Shown piece after piece: positions 1-8,116 of a stretch of 24,000 nucleotides of DNA. Numbering within the stretch: the first letter of the stretch is position 1; every line of letters begins with the position of its first letter. Made by a program: the position numbers and the translations under genes. Source of the stretch: Bacteroidia bacterium (GTDB taxonomy: Bacteria > Bacteroidota > Bacteroidia > NS11-12g > UBA955); assembly GCA_023268875.1 (NCBI GenBank), contig JALRKL010000200.1, forward strand, positions 2,894-26,893, read 5' to 3'. The notes beneath the pieces were generated by a model. That model was given only the letters and a program-made list of their open reading frames with translations, did not search any database and had not been told where the DNA came from.

Positions 1-36
1 TTATAATTTTCATGATTCAATACTTCCCAAAGTTCG

Positions 37-44
37 CAAATTTA
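37..44 (-). promoter_or_regulatory. Candidate Bacteroidota -7 box (TAAATTTG on minus strand) for a leftward gene whose ATG (complement of 11..13) is cut by the window edge
   Basis: The minus strand reads TAAATTTG, a full match to TAnnTTTG. It lies 23 nt upstream of ATGAAAATTATAA, which runs off the left edge. Only 4 codons are visible, so no product call is possible. Confidence 0.3.
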
Positions 45-89
45 TCCCATTCCCTTTCCAAAGATCACACCAAAACCTTTCACATCGCG

Positions 90-130
90 TCTCGATACAA
101 TTTCTTCACTGCGTTCCGAAATCACTCGAC
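90..130. repeat. Direct repeat copy 1 (41 bp core; weaker homology back to 84)
   Basis: tctcgatacaatttcttcactgcgttccgaaatcactcgac matches 169..209 with a single mismatch (106 t versus 185 c). The offset is 79 bp. Confidence 0.9.
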
Positions 131-168
131 GACCCTTTGCAAACCAGAAAGACCACGTGCGTAGCGCA

Positions 169-209
169 TCTCGATACAATTTCTCCACTGCGTTCCGAAA
201 TCACTCGAC
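169..209. repeat. Direct repeat copy 2 (41 bp core), overlapping the stop codon and last two codons of the thiamine pyrophosphokinase gene
   Basis: Aligned base by base with 90..130 (40/41 identical). On the minus strand the repeat starts GTC GAG TGA, which is Val-Glu-stop of the 201..851 CDS. Confidence 0.9.
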
Positions 210-851
210 CCACAGCATATAACCCGATTCGTAATCGACTTCCACCCAACCGTCTTCATCTACCTGGTTCGAACTGCTCGTTTTATGCGGAAGCTCAAGC
301 GTTTCTCCCTGCAAATTCCAAACTAAATTTTTGGTGAAAACCCCCTCGCACCGACCACAAGGCAATAATGATATATGCGTACCCTTGGGAACCCATTTTT
401 TGAACGTTTTAGGAATGAAAAAGGCCCGCGAATAATCGTCAATAAACGCAATATTCAAGCGTTCCGACCATGCCGCCGCCGTGAAAATATTGTTAAAATA
501 ATGGTCCATCCGCTTCCCTGCTGCCCATAATACATGAACCGAATGAAAGCCGCGGCCGATCAAATATTCGAACCCTTTCTGCAAGTCCGTGAAGTCCTGA
601 TTCGGTGTGTGCACCCTCTCAATTCCCAAGGCCTGCGCCCGTTCGGTTAAGGCTTCCCCCGAATCAAAATCGCCCAACCACACATCTACTCGAATGTTCC
701 ATTCTAATACTCGCGCCAAAGCGCCGTCTAAAACGAGCACGAACGGACTCCATTCCAAGAGTTCTTCCATCAACGATATTGAACACGCCTCACCATCGGC
801 AATTAATAGTGCCGCCTCTTGATTGTCGCGAATTATATGGTGGGAACTCAC
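201..851 (-). CDS. Thiamine pyrophosphokinase (thiamine diphosphokinase)
   Basis: 216-aa ORF with LGDFDS, a D-F-TD-L-KG segment and a C-terminal SSSN motif, as in TPK families. The apparent start codon is GTG (complement of 849..851), so the exact start is uncertain. Confidence 0.8.
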   Translation of the reverse strand: MSSHHIIRDNQEAALLIADGEACSISLMEELLEWSPFVLVLDGALARVLEWNIRVDVWLGDFDSGEALTERAQALGIERVHTPNQDFTDLQKGFEYLIGRGFHSVHVLWAAGKRMDHYFNNIFTAAAWSERLNIAFIDDYSRAFFIPKTFKKWVPKGTHISLLPCGRCEGVFTKNLVWNLQGETLELPHKTSSSNQVDEDGWVEVDYESGYMLWVE

Positions 852-857
852 TTTGCA

Positions 858-871
858 AAAATGCGCATTTT
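858..871. promoter_or_regulatory. Perfect 14-bp palindrome AAAATGCGCATTTT in the divergent TPK/porX intergenic region (possible operator)
   Basis: Checked base by base: the sequence equals its own reverse complement. It lies 7 nt from the TPK start codon. Its function is inferred only. Confidence 0.25.
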
Positions 872-1000
872 ATCTGTTTTCCTTTCCCTCCAATAACCAA
901 ATTCACGCTTTTTGTGGGATATTTCATCACATCTCTCCGTTTTATTGCGGCAAGCGCAAAAAAGGAACGAATTTTGCTCTCGTTTTTACGTTACTTAACT

Positions 1001-2557
1001 ATGCAAGCACATTTACTCTGGGCCGACGATGAAATCGACCTGCTAAAACCCCATATTCTTTTTCTCGAGGGAAAAGGGTATCGCGTTACTACCGTGAATA
1101 ACGGTCGCGATGCCATAGACACCGTTAAAGTTACCGATATTGATTTGGTATTCCTCGATGAAAATATGCCCGGTATTTCGGGTATCGATGCGCTGGCTGA
1201 AATCAAACAAATAAAGCCCAATCTTCCTGTGATTATGATTACCAAAAACGAGGAAGAACATATTATGGAAGAAGCCATCGGCTCCAAAATTGCCGATTAC
1301 CTCATCAAGCCCGTAAACCCAAATCAAATTTTACTTTCTTTAAAGAAAAACCTCGACGAGCAACGCTTCATCAACCAAAAAACCACCCAAGGGTACCAAC
1401 GTGAATTCATGCAAATTGGTATGAGCGTTTCAGAAAAACTGAGCTTTCAGGAATGGACCGACGTTTATAAGAAATTGGTTTACTGGGAAATGCAACTCGA
1501 CGAAACCTCCGAAGACGGTATGAAAGAAGTGCTTGAGACCCAAAAAGCAGACGCTAACCGCGCTTTTTGCAAATTTGTAACCCAAAATTATTTGAGTTTT
1601 TTGCAAAACGACAACAGCGGTACTCTTTTGAGCCATAACCTCTTTAGAAAAGCCATAAATCCACACTTAGATTCAGAAGAACCCGTTTATGTAATTCTTC
1701 TCGATAATCTTCGTTTCGATCAATGGAGGGCCATTTCCGAAACTTTAAATAGCGTACTAAGAACCGATTCAGAAGACCTGTATATGAGCATCCTTCCTAC
1801 TACCACTCAGTATGCTCGAAATGCTATTTTCAGTGGAATGCTGCCCTTGGATATCGAAAAAACCTTCCCCGAAAAATGGTCCAACGACGAAGACGAAGGC
1901 GGTAAAAATTTATATGAAAAAGAGTTTCTTGAAGAGCAACTGAAACGACTCAGAAGGGATGTTAAATTCAGTTATCATAAAATCACACGCCTGGACCATG
2001 CTAAGGCTTTAGTAGACAACGTTAATAATATGCGGAACAATCAATTGAATGTAATCGTTTACAACTTTGTAGATGCCTTTTCGCATGCCCGTACGGATGT
2101 TAACATTGTGCGCGAATTGGCTGACGATGAGGCCGCTTATCGAAACGTAACCGCTACATGGTTCAAACATTCTCCCCTATGGGAGGCCATTCAGCGTATC
2201 GCCGAAAAGCCCTGTAAAATCATTATCACTACCGACCATGGAAGCGTGCGCGTAAAAGATCCTATTAAGGTGGTTGGAGATAAGAATGTAAACACCAATT
2301 TACGCTACAAACAAGGAAAAACACTTACTTACAATCCTAAAGAAGTGTATGAAGTTAAAAAACCGCACGAAATAAAGTTGCCCCTACAACATTTGAGCAG
2401 CAGCTTCATTTTTGCTAAGGAAAATGATTTTTTTGCGTATCCCAACAATTATAATTATTACGCAAAATATTACAAACATACCTTTCAGCATGGAGGCATC
2501 AGTATGGAAGAAATGCTGTGTCCGATTATCGTTTTATCACCCAAACGAGGCAATTAG
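1001..2557 (+). CDS. porX: PorX-family response regulator (CheY-like receiver fused to a PglZ/alkaline-phosphatase-superfamily domain)
   Basis: The in-frame ATG at 1001 gives 518 aa. The N-terminus reads LLWADDEIDLLKPHILFLEGKGY...DLVFLDENMPGISG...IKP (receiver with phospho-acceptor Asp region). A PglZ-like C-terminal domain follows (ILLDNLRFDQW, TDHGS). The 605..1000 part of the ORF is low-complexity and overlaps the TPK gene. Confidence 0.85.
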   Translation: MQAHLLWADDEIDLLKPHILFLEGKGYRVTTVNNGRDAIDTVKVTDIDLVFLDENMPGISGIDALAEIKQIKPNLPVIMITKNEEEHIMEEAIGSKIADYLIKPVNPNQILLSLKKNLDEQRFINQKTTQGYQREFMQIGMSVSEKLSFQEWTDVYKKLVYWEMQLDETSEDGMKEVLETQKADANRAFCKFVTQNYLSFLQNDNSGTLLSHNLFRKAINPHLDSEEPVYVILLDNLRFDQWRAISETLNSVLRTDSEDLYMSILPTTTQYARNAIFSGMLPLDIEKTFPEKWSNDEDEGGKNLYEKEFLEEQLKRLRRDVKFSYHKITRLDHAKALVDNVNNMRNNQLNVIVYNFVDAFSHARTDVNIVRELADDEAAYRNVTATWFKHSPLWEAIQRIAEKPCKIIITTDHGSVRVKDPIKVVGDKNVNTNLRYKQGKTLTYNPKEVYEVKKPHEIKLPLQHLSSSFIFAKENDFFAYPNNYNYYAKYYKHTFQHGGISMEEMLCPIIVLSPKRGN

Positions 2558-2562
2558 TCACT

Positions 2563-2994
2563 ATGGAATCTGTGTCTCTAGAACGGCTGCCTGAAGTAGC
2601 AGCAACCTTGAAAAAAGCCTTGCTTACGGGCAATCGTATTTTTCTATTTTCTGGGGATGTAGGATCTGGAAAAACCACGCTTATCCAAGAGTTGGCGCGA
2701 TTACTCGGTGTAAATGGCGCCGTTCAATCGCCCACTTTTGGAATTGTTCATGCCTATTCTAGCGAGGAGGGCACAATTCAACACAGCGACTGGTATCGAC
2801 TTAACAGCGTTCAAGAATTATGGGAAATGGGCATTCACGAAGCCCTTGAGTCCGATATTTGGTTCATCGAATGGCCCGAAATTGGTATGGCGCTGTTGCA
2901 AGAGTTCTCGTTTGTTCATGTACACATTGCAACACCCGAAAACATCGATCAATTGAACCGCAGCTATACGATAGCGTATCATGAGGCGCATTAA
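2563..2994 (+). CDS. tsaE: tRNA threonylcarbamoyladenosine (t6A) biosynthesis ATPase TsaE
   Basis: P-loop GDVGSGKTT, plus SPTF, HSDWYRL and IEWPE motifs typical of TsaE/YjeE. The ATG at 2563 is 5 nt after the porX stop. The earlier ATG at 2518 would overlap porX. Confidence 0.9.
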   Translation: MESVSLERLPEVAATLKKALLTGNRIFLFSGDVGSGKTTLIQELARLLGVNGAVQSPTFGIVHAYSSEEGTIQHSDWYRLNSVQELWEMGIHEALESDIWFIEWPEIGMALLQEFSFVHVHIATPENIDQLNRSYTIAYHEAH

Positions 2995-3035
2995 CACAAA
3001 GGTATAGACAGCTTACTAATCCAATTTCTGTAAAT

Positions 3036-3074
3036 AAAAAAGGCGCCCTATGGTATATAGAGCGCCCTTTCTTT
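3036..3074. terminator. Bidirectional rho-independent terminator between convergent tsaE and gcvP
   Basis: Stem 3042..3051 pairs with 3057..3066 (10 bp, one mismatch at 3047/3061). The loop is ggtat. An A-tract precedes the stem and tttcttt follows it, so each strand sees a U-rich tail. Confidence 0.6.
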
Positions 3075-3087
3075 GCTTATTCCTGAA

Positions 3088-5964
3088 TTATGATTGATAG
3101 GCTTCTATAGGCAAGCAAGAACAAACCAAATTGCGATCTCCGAAGGTGTTATTCACCCTTGAAACGGTGGGCCAAAATTTCGACATTCTTAAACTAGCCA
3201 AAGGATAGGCAGCTTTTTCCCTCGAATATTCAAAAGGCCAAACATCTAAAGCAATTTCCTCCATGGTATGAGGCGCATTTTTCAAAACATTACTTTCTTG
3301 ATTATAAATTCCCTGCTCGATCTCACGGATTTCCTCACGAATCGAAAGTAAGGCATCGCAGTAACGATCTAACTCTTCCTTGCTTTCACTTTCGGTTGGC
3401 TCTAACATAAGCGTTCCTGCTACCGGGAAACTCAATGTAGGTGCATGAAACCCGTAATCCATTAAACGCTTGGCAATATCTTCCGCTTCAACATGGGCTG
3501 TTTGCTTGAATCCGCGGGTATCTAAGATCATTTCGTGTGCCGCACGACCGTTCTCGCCCGTGTATAGTATGGGGAATTCTTTCTCCAAACGAGCTTTCAT
3601 ATAATTGGCATTCAAAATGGCCACCTTCGTAGCATTTGTAAGGCCTTCGCCCCCCATCATTTTGATATAGGCATACGAAATCAACAAAATACTTGCCGAG
3701 CCCCAAGGTGCCGCACTTACCGCGCTCATGCCCTTTTCACCTGAAGTAGAAGTAACGACGTGGTTGGGTAAGTAAGGAGCCAAATGTGCCGCAACACCGA
3801 TAGGACCCATACCAGGACCGCCACCACCGTGAGGAATACAGAACGTCTTATGTAAATTCAAGTGACATACGTCGGCTCCAATTAAGCCCGGACTGGTTAA
3901 TCCTACCTGGGCATTCATATTCGCACCGTCCATATATACCTGTCCACCGAAATCGTGGATGATCTGAGTAATTTCCTTAATGGCACTCTCAAATACTCCA
4001 TGAGTACTTGGATACGTAACCATTAATACCGCCAAACGGTCTTTGTACTGCTCGGCTTTCTGACGCAAATCTTCTACGTCTATATTACCGCGATCGTCGC
4101 AACCGGTAACTACTACTTCCATACCCGCCATAACAGCACTTGCCGGATTGGTTCCGTGGGCACTGGAAGGAATTAATGCCACGTTACGGTGACTTTCACC
4201 ACGGTCTTTGAAGTATTCGCGAATTACCATCAAGCCAGCGTATTCGCCTTGTGCGCCTGAATTGGGCTGCATACTCATTTTTGCAAAACCCGTAATTTCA
4301 CTTAAGTCACGGTCTAACTCTTCTATAATTTCTAAATATCCTTGCGCTTGGTTAATCGGAGCAAAAGGATGCAAGGAGTTGAACTCAGGCCAAGTAACCG
4401 GAATCATTTCGGTTGTGGCATTCAGCTTCATGGTACAAGATCCCAAAGGAATCATACTATGACATAAGCTCAGATCTTTTGCTTCCAAACGCTTGATGTA
4501 ACGCAACATTTCATGCTCAATATGGTAAGAATTAAATACCGGATGGGTCATGAAATTAGAGCTACGCTGTGCCCAAGCTTCCCAAGAAAGAGAAAAAGAC
4601 GTTTCTAACTCAGCTGCAATTGCACTTTTTTGCGCCGCGTTAGCAAATACCGCTAATATTTCACTGATTTCAATTTCCGTCGTGCTTTCATGAAGGGAAA
4701 TTCCCACATGACCATCATCGAAATAGCGGAAATTCATGTGGGCTGCTTCCGCGGTTTCTTTGAGATGAGCCACATTCGAAATACCGCCGATATATAAGGT
4801 GTCAAAGAATTGTTCGCTCTTCACATCATACCCCAACTTTTGAAGTCCATTTTTCAATGCACGGGTTTGTCCATGTATGCGTCCTGCAATTTGCTTAAGT
4901 CCCTCAGGACCGTGATATACGGCAAACATACTGGCCATAATACTCAATAAAACCTGAGCTGTACAAATATTACTGGTAGCGTTTTGGCGCTTGATATGCT
5001 GCTCACGGGTTTGCAAGGCCATACGCAAGGCGCGCTGTTCTCGGCGGTCTAAAGACACCCCGATAATACGACCTGGAACCTGACGTTTGTATTCGTCTTT
5101 GGTGGCAAAAAAGGCAGCATGTGGACCTCCAAAACCTAATGGAACCCCAAAACGTTGGGTATTCCCGATAACGCAATCGGCGCCAAATTCACCCGGAGGA
5201 GTCAATAAAGTTAAAGCCATTAAGTCAGATCCGAAGCAAGTTTTCACTTCTGCTGCCTGACAGGTTTTTACAAATTCGCGATAATCGCAAATTTCTCCCT
5301 TATTATTCGGGTATTGCACGTAGGCTCCAAAAAATTCAGGTGTAGGCTGGAAACTGCGATAATCGCCGATTACTATTTCTACACCGATGGGCTCCGCTCG
5401 GGTAATTAATACATCTAAAGTTTGAGGAAAAACCTCTTGGTCTACAAAAAACTTAAAGGCCGTGCTCTTACGGGGTAATAAACCTTTGAACATTCCCATG
5501 GCCTCAGCAGCAGCCGTGCCCTCATCGAGCAGACTGGCATTGGCAATTTCCATACCTGTTAAATCAAGTACCATGGTTTGGAAATTCAACAAAGCCTCTA
5601 GACGGCCTTGGGCGATTTCCGCTTGGTAGGGAGTATATTGGGTATACCACCCTGGATTTTCCATAATGTTTCGCAGAATCACATTGGGTGTAATGGTATT
5701 GTAATAACCCATTCCTATGTATTGCTTGAAAATTTGGTTCTTCGACGCCGTTTGTTTGAGTTTCGCTAAAAATTGTGCCTCGCTCATCGGTTCTCCCGAC
5801 TGTAATCCGTTTTGCATTCGGATGTTTGGTGGCACCGTTTGGTCTATTAACTCATCAAGGCTACTTGCTCCAATAACCTGCAACATTTCCTTTTGCTCCT
5901 CTAACGAAGGGCCATTATGGCGATCTTCAAAAGGTTTAAAATAACGGGCGTCAAATTGATTCAT
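3088..5964 (-). CDS. gcvP: Glycine dehydrogenase (decarboxylating), glycine cleavage system P protein
   Basis: About 958 aa, single-chain GcvP. It is recognisable throughout, including the PLP-lysine region [16 protein letters not shown]. Start set at the ATG complementary to 5962..5964 (MNQFDARYF...), where homologs begin. The 21 extra codons up to 6027 look spurious. Confidence 0.95.
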   Translation of the reverse strand: MNQFDARYFKPFEDRHNGPSLEEQKEMLQVIGASSLDELIDQTVPPNIRMQNGLQSGEPMSEAQFLAKLKQTASKNQIFKQYIGMGYYNTITPNVILRNIMENPGWYTQYTPYQAEIAQGRLEALLNFQTMVLDLTGMEIANASLLDEGTAAAEAMGMFKGLLPRKSTAFKFFVDQEVFPQTLDVLITRAEPIGVEIVIGDYRSFQPTPEFFGAYVQYPNNKGEICDYREFVKTCQAAEVKTCFGSDLMALTLLTPPGEFGADCVIGNTQRFGVPLGFGGPHAAFFATKDEYKRQVPGRIIGVSLDRREQRALRMALQTREQHIKRQNATSNICTAQVLLSIMASMFAVYHGPEGLKQIAGRIHGQTRALKNGLQKLGYDVKSEQFFDTLYIGGISNVAHLKETAEAAHMNFRYFDDGHVGISLHESTTEIEISEILAVFANAAQKSAIAAELETSFSLSWEAWAQRSSNFMTHPVFNSYHIEHEMLRYIKRLEAKDLSLCHSMIPLGSCTMKLNATTEMIPVTWPEFNSLHPFAPINQAQGYLEIIEELDRDLSEITGFAKMSMQPNSGAQGEYAGLMVIREYFKDRGESHRNVALIPSSAHGTNPASAVMAGMEVVVTGCDDRGNIDVEDLRQKAEQYKDRLAVLMVTYPSTHGVFESAIKEITQIIHDFGGQVYMDGANMNAQVGLTSPGLIGADVCHLNLHKTFCIPHGGGGPGMGPIGVAAHLAPYLPNHVVTSTSGEKGMSAVSAAPWGSASILLISYAYIKMMGGEGLTNATKVAILNANYMKARLEKEFPILYTGENGRAAHEMILDTRGFKQTAHVEAEDIAKRLMDYGFHAPTLSFPVAGTLMLEPTESESKEELDRYCDALLSIREEIREIEQGIYNQESNVLKNAPHTMEEIALDVWPFEYSREKAAYPLASLRMSKFWPTVSRVNNTFGDRNLVCSCLPIEAYQS

Positions 5965-5973
5965 ACGATAGCA

Positions 5974-5981
5974 CAAATTTA
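5974..5981 (-). promoter_or_regulatory. Candidate -7 box TAAATTTG upstream of gcvP
   Basis: The minus strand reads TAAATTTG, with only 9 nt between the box and the proposed ATG at 5964. The box lies inside the alternative N-terminal extension, which argues against the 6027 start. Confidence 0.4.
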
Positions 5982-6187
5982 ACAGAATCCTTCGGTTTTT
6001 TTGTTGCAATACCGCGTTAAAACTCATGGCGTTTTGTCTACCATTTTTCGAATCCCATTTTCTCTGTGATTTACGCCGTTTTATAACTTTTTTAAATCTA
6101 TTAGCTTTGAATAAATCATTGGTTAACTAGGCCTCAGAAAAACAAAAAACTATTGATGCGCAGTCCAATCGCCTTACAGTTACACCC

Positions 6188-6889
6188 CTAAATTTTATCG
6201 TTATCTGCAAAACTGTAATAATTATCACCCGAAAGAATCAAATGATCTAAAAATTGAATGTCGAAAAACCCACTACCCTCAACCAGCTTTTTCGTTAAGT
6301 CTAAATCTTCCTTAGATGGATTTAGCAAACCCGAAGGATGGTTATGTGCCGCAATCAACGCACTAGCTTTCTGCAAAATTGCCTTTTGAAATATCATTCT
6401 TAAGTCAACTATGGTGGCATTTACTCCACCCGTACTTATGCATTGTTGACTGATAACCTTATTCGCCCTATTCAAAAAAGCCACATGAAACTCCTCGTGC
6501 GTGAGGTATGCCAACTTCGGAGCAAACATATTGAATGCGTCTCTACTTCGTGTTATCGTGGGAAATTTATCCACCCGTGCCCACCTGCGATTCGATAATT
6601 CCCATACCGCCATTAACAAAACACAGCTTTCCTCGTCTAATTCATCTATTGCTTGAAAATCTTCCAAGGACCAATTAGAGAATTCGTGAAGTTGATTTTC
6701 GCATAAATCGAAAATTTTCCTGACCTTTTCCTGTGAAAATTTGCAATTTTCGCGTCGATTTAAAACCAAGGCAACCAACTCAATCTCTGTTAATGCACGT
6801 TTACCTTGGGTTAACATCTTATGGTGCAAATCAATTACACTTTCCACACCAACTTTTCTTTCTGTTTGATTTGATAATATTTTTACCAT
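6188..6889 (-). CDS. radC: RadC-family (JAB/MPN domain) protein
   Basis: 233 aa with a C-terminal JAB motif (AHNHPSG ... S..D) and an N-terminal region reading LTEIELVALVL, typical of full-length RadC. Confidence 0.85.
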   Translation of the reverse strand: MVKILSNQTERKVGVESVIDLHHKMLTQGKRALTEIELVALVLNRRENCKFSQEKVRKIFDLCENQLHEFSNWSLEDFQAIDELDEESCVLLMAVWELSNRRWARVDKFPTITRSRDAFNMFAPKLAYLTHEEFHVAFLNRANKVISQQCISTGGVNATIVDLRMIFQKAILQKASALIAAHNHPSGLLNPSKEDLDLTKKLVEGSGFFDIQFLDHLILSGDNYYSFADNDKI

Positions 6890-6896
6890 AATTTTG
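6889..6896 (+). promoter_or_regulatory. Candidate -7 box TAATTTTG oriented toward recA
   Basis: Full match to TAnnTTTG on the plus strand, 80 nt upstream of the recA ATG. It overlaps the radC start codon. No closer box was seen upstream of recA. Confidence 0.3.
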
Positions 6897-6897
6897 T

Positions 6898-6905
6898 CAA
6901 AGATA
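6898..6905 (-). promoter_or_regulatory. Candidate -7 box TATCTTTG oriented toward radC
   Basis: Full match to TAnnTTTG on the minus strand, with 8 nt between the box and the radC ATG at 6889. Confidence 0.4.
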
Positions 6906-6976
6906 TTTTCAATATACTTGAAGTACCAAAAACAAGAAATAAAATAAAACGTTAAATATTATTGATTTTTACAACT

Positions 6977-8011
6977 ATGAGCGAGCAAAAAGAAAAACTC
7001 AAGGCCCTGCAACAAACCATTGAACGATTAGAAAAATCGTATGGTAAGGGCATCGTGATGAAGATGGACGACAAACACAAAGTTAATGTAGATGTAATTT
7101 CTACGGGTTCTTTTGGTTTGGATTTGGCCTTAGGTGTGGGAGGATTCCCAAGAGGTCGTATAATAGAAATCTATGGTCCAGAAAGTTCGGGTAAAACTAC
7201 TATTGCCTTGCACACTATCGCCGAAGCACAAAAAAAAGGGGGTATATGCGCCTTTATAGATGCCGAACACGCATTTGATAAATTTTATGCCCAAAAATTG
7301 GGTATCGATACTTCTAACTTGTTAATCTCACAACCAGACGACGGCGAACAAGCATTAGAAATTGCCGATAATCTGGTACGTTCAGGAGCCATCGATGTAT
7401 TGGTCATTGATTCCGTTGCCGCTTTGGTACCAAGAGCAGAACTTGAGGGCGATATGGGAGATTCAAAAGTTGGTTTACACGCCCGATTGATGAGTCAAGC
7501 GCTAAGAAAACTAACCGGTACCATCAACAAAACCGGTTGTATCGCGATCTTCATTAATCAATTACGCGAAAAGATTGGTGTAATGTTCGGAAATCCTGAA
7601 ACTACAACCGGTGGTAATGCTTTGAAATTTTACGCTTCTATTCGTTTAGATATCCGTAGAAATGCCCAGATAAAAGATGGCGACGAAGTTATTGGTAATC
7701 GTACCAAGGTAAAAGTAGCCAAAAATAAAGTAGCGCCTCCCTTCCGTGTTGTCGAGTTCGACATTATGTACGGTAAAGGAATTTCCCGAGTTGGTGAGGT
7801 ATTGGATATCGCCGTAGATGCCAATATAGTTCAAAAAAGCGGAAGCTGGTTCAGTTACGATGGCACCAAATTAGGACAAGGAAGAGATACCGTAAAAGGA
7901 TTGCTAGAAGACAATCCAGAATTATTGGCCGATATTGAATCTAAGATCCTAAATAAAACCAAAGCCGGCGAAGAGGTGTTAGAGGTGCAACCAGAAGCAC
8001 CCGCTGAATAG
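6977..8011 (+). CDS. recA: Recombinase RecA
   Basis: Unmistakable RecA sequence: Walker [54 protein letters not shown]. Start set at ATG 6977 ([11 protein letters not shown]). The ORF-track start at 6962 is a TTG. Confidence 0.97.
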   Translation: MSEQKEKLKALQQTIERLEKSYGKGIVMKMDDKHKVNVDVISTGSFGLDLALGVGGFPRGRIIEIYGPESSGKTTIALHTIAEAQKKGGICAFIDAEHAFDKFYAQKLGIDTSNLLISQPDDGEQALEIADNLVRSGAIDVLVIDSVAALVPRAELEGDMGDSKVGLHARLMSQALRKLTGTINKTGCIAIFINQLREKIGVMFGNPETTTGGNALKFYASIRLDIRRNAQIKDGDEVIGNRTKVKVAKNKVAPPFRVVEFDIMYGKGISRVGEVLDIAVDANIVQKSGSWFSYDGTKLGQGRDTVKGLLEDNPELLADIESKILNKTKAGEEVLEVQPEAPAE

Positions 8012-8074
8012 AATGATGAATAGTGAATTATGAATGATGAATGGTGAATTTTGGATGGTGAGTTATGAATGAAG
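8012..8074 (+). repeat. Imperfect 7-bp tandem array, 9 units, consensus AATnnTG
   Basis: Read in register: AATGATG AATAGTG AATTATG AATGATG AATGGTG AATTTTG GATGGTG AGTTATG AATGAAG. The array begins 1 nt after the recA stop codon. Confidence 0.7.
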
Positions 8075-8116
8075 CGGTTATTCATAATTCACCATTCATA
8101 ATTTATAATTCATTAT
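8034..8116 (+). other. Long imperfect hairpin (37-bp stem, 9-nt loop gaagcggtt), either a recA 3'-UTR structure or a terminator for the convergent recA and oxidase operon
   Basis: Paired by hand, 8034..8070 against 8080..8116: 30 Watson-Crick pairs, 5 G:T pairs and 2 mismatches (8043/8107, 8051/8099). All 5 G:T pairs have the G on the plus strand. The right arm overlaps the stop and last 4 codons of the DUF983 gene. Confidence 0.55.

Noticed and set aside
84-209. CRISPR array (47-bp repeat, 32-bp spacer geometry)
   Set aside because: There are only two repeat copies. The position where a third would fall (about 5..51) shows no similarity and instead holds a promoter-like box and the start of another gene. 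No cas genes are in the window, and the repeat lacks the palindromic termini I associate with Bacteroidota repeats. It is kept only as a generic direct repeat.
605-1000. N-terminal 132 codons of the 650-aa ORF
   Set aside because: The translation is low-complexity and Pro/Arg-rich. It is antisense to the well-supported TPK gene and crosses the intergenic region. The receiver domain begins at the ATG at 1001.
1001-2557. PglZ domain as a marker of a BREX or other phage-defence system
   Set aside because: The PglZ domain is fused to a CheY-like receiver, which is the PorX architecture. The neighbours are tsaE and a TPK gene. No methyltransferase, BrxC/PglY ATPase, Lon-like protease or other BREX components are present.
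5965-6187. Glycine riboswitch upstream of gcvP, and the 21-codon N-terminal extension to 6027
   Set aside because: I read the minus strand of the whole 223-bp region. No GGAGAG...CACCG-type glycine aptamer cores are visible, and the region is AT-rich with no obvious tandem aptamer structure. A consensus -7 box lies inside the putative extension, so the shorter start is preferred.
6188-6889. RadC/JAB protein as part of a mobile-element or anti-defence module
   Set aside because: It is full-length RadC with the usual N-terminal domain, sitting beside recA with housekeeping flanks. No integrase, repeats or accessory genes are nearby.
6890-6976. LexA/SOS operator upstream of recA
   Set aside because: No CTGT-N8-ACAG or GAAC-N4-GTTC motif is present. 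I do not know a reliable Bacteroidota LexA consensus to test by eye, so no call is made.
7855-8085. 76-aa minus-strand ORF with a His/Ser/Ile-rich repeat ([20 protein letters not shown])
   Set aside because: Its repetitive N-terminus is just the translation of the heptad repeat and hairpin, and the rest is antisense to the recA 3' end. There is no independent start context.
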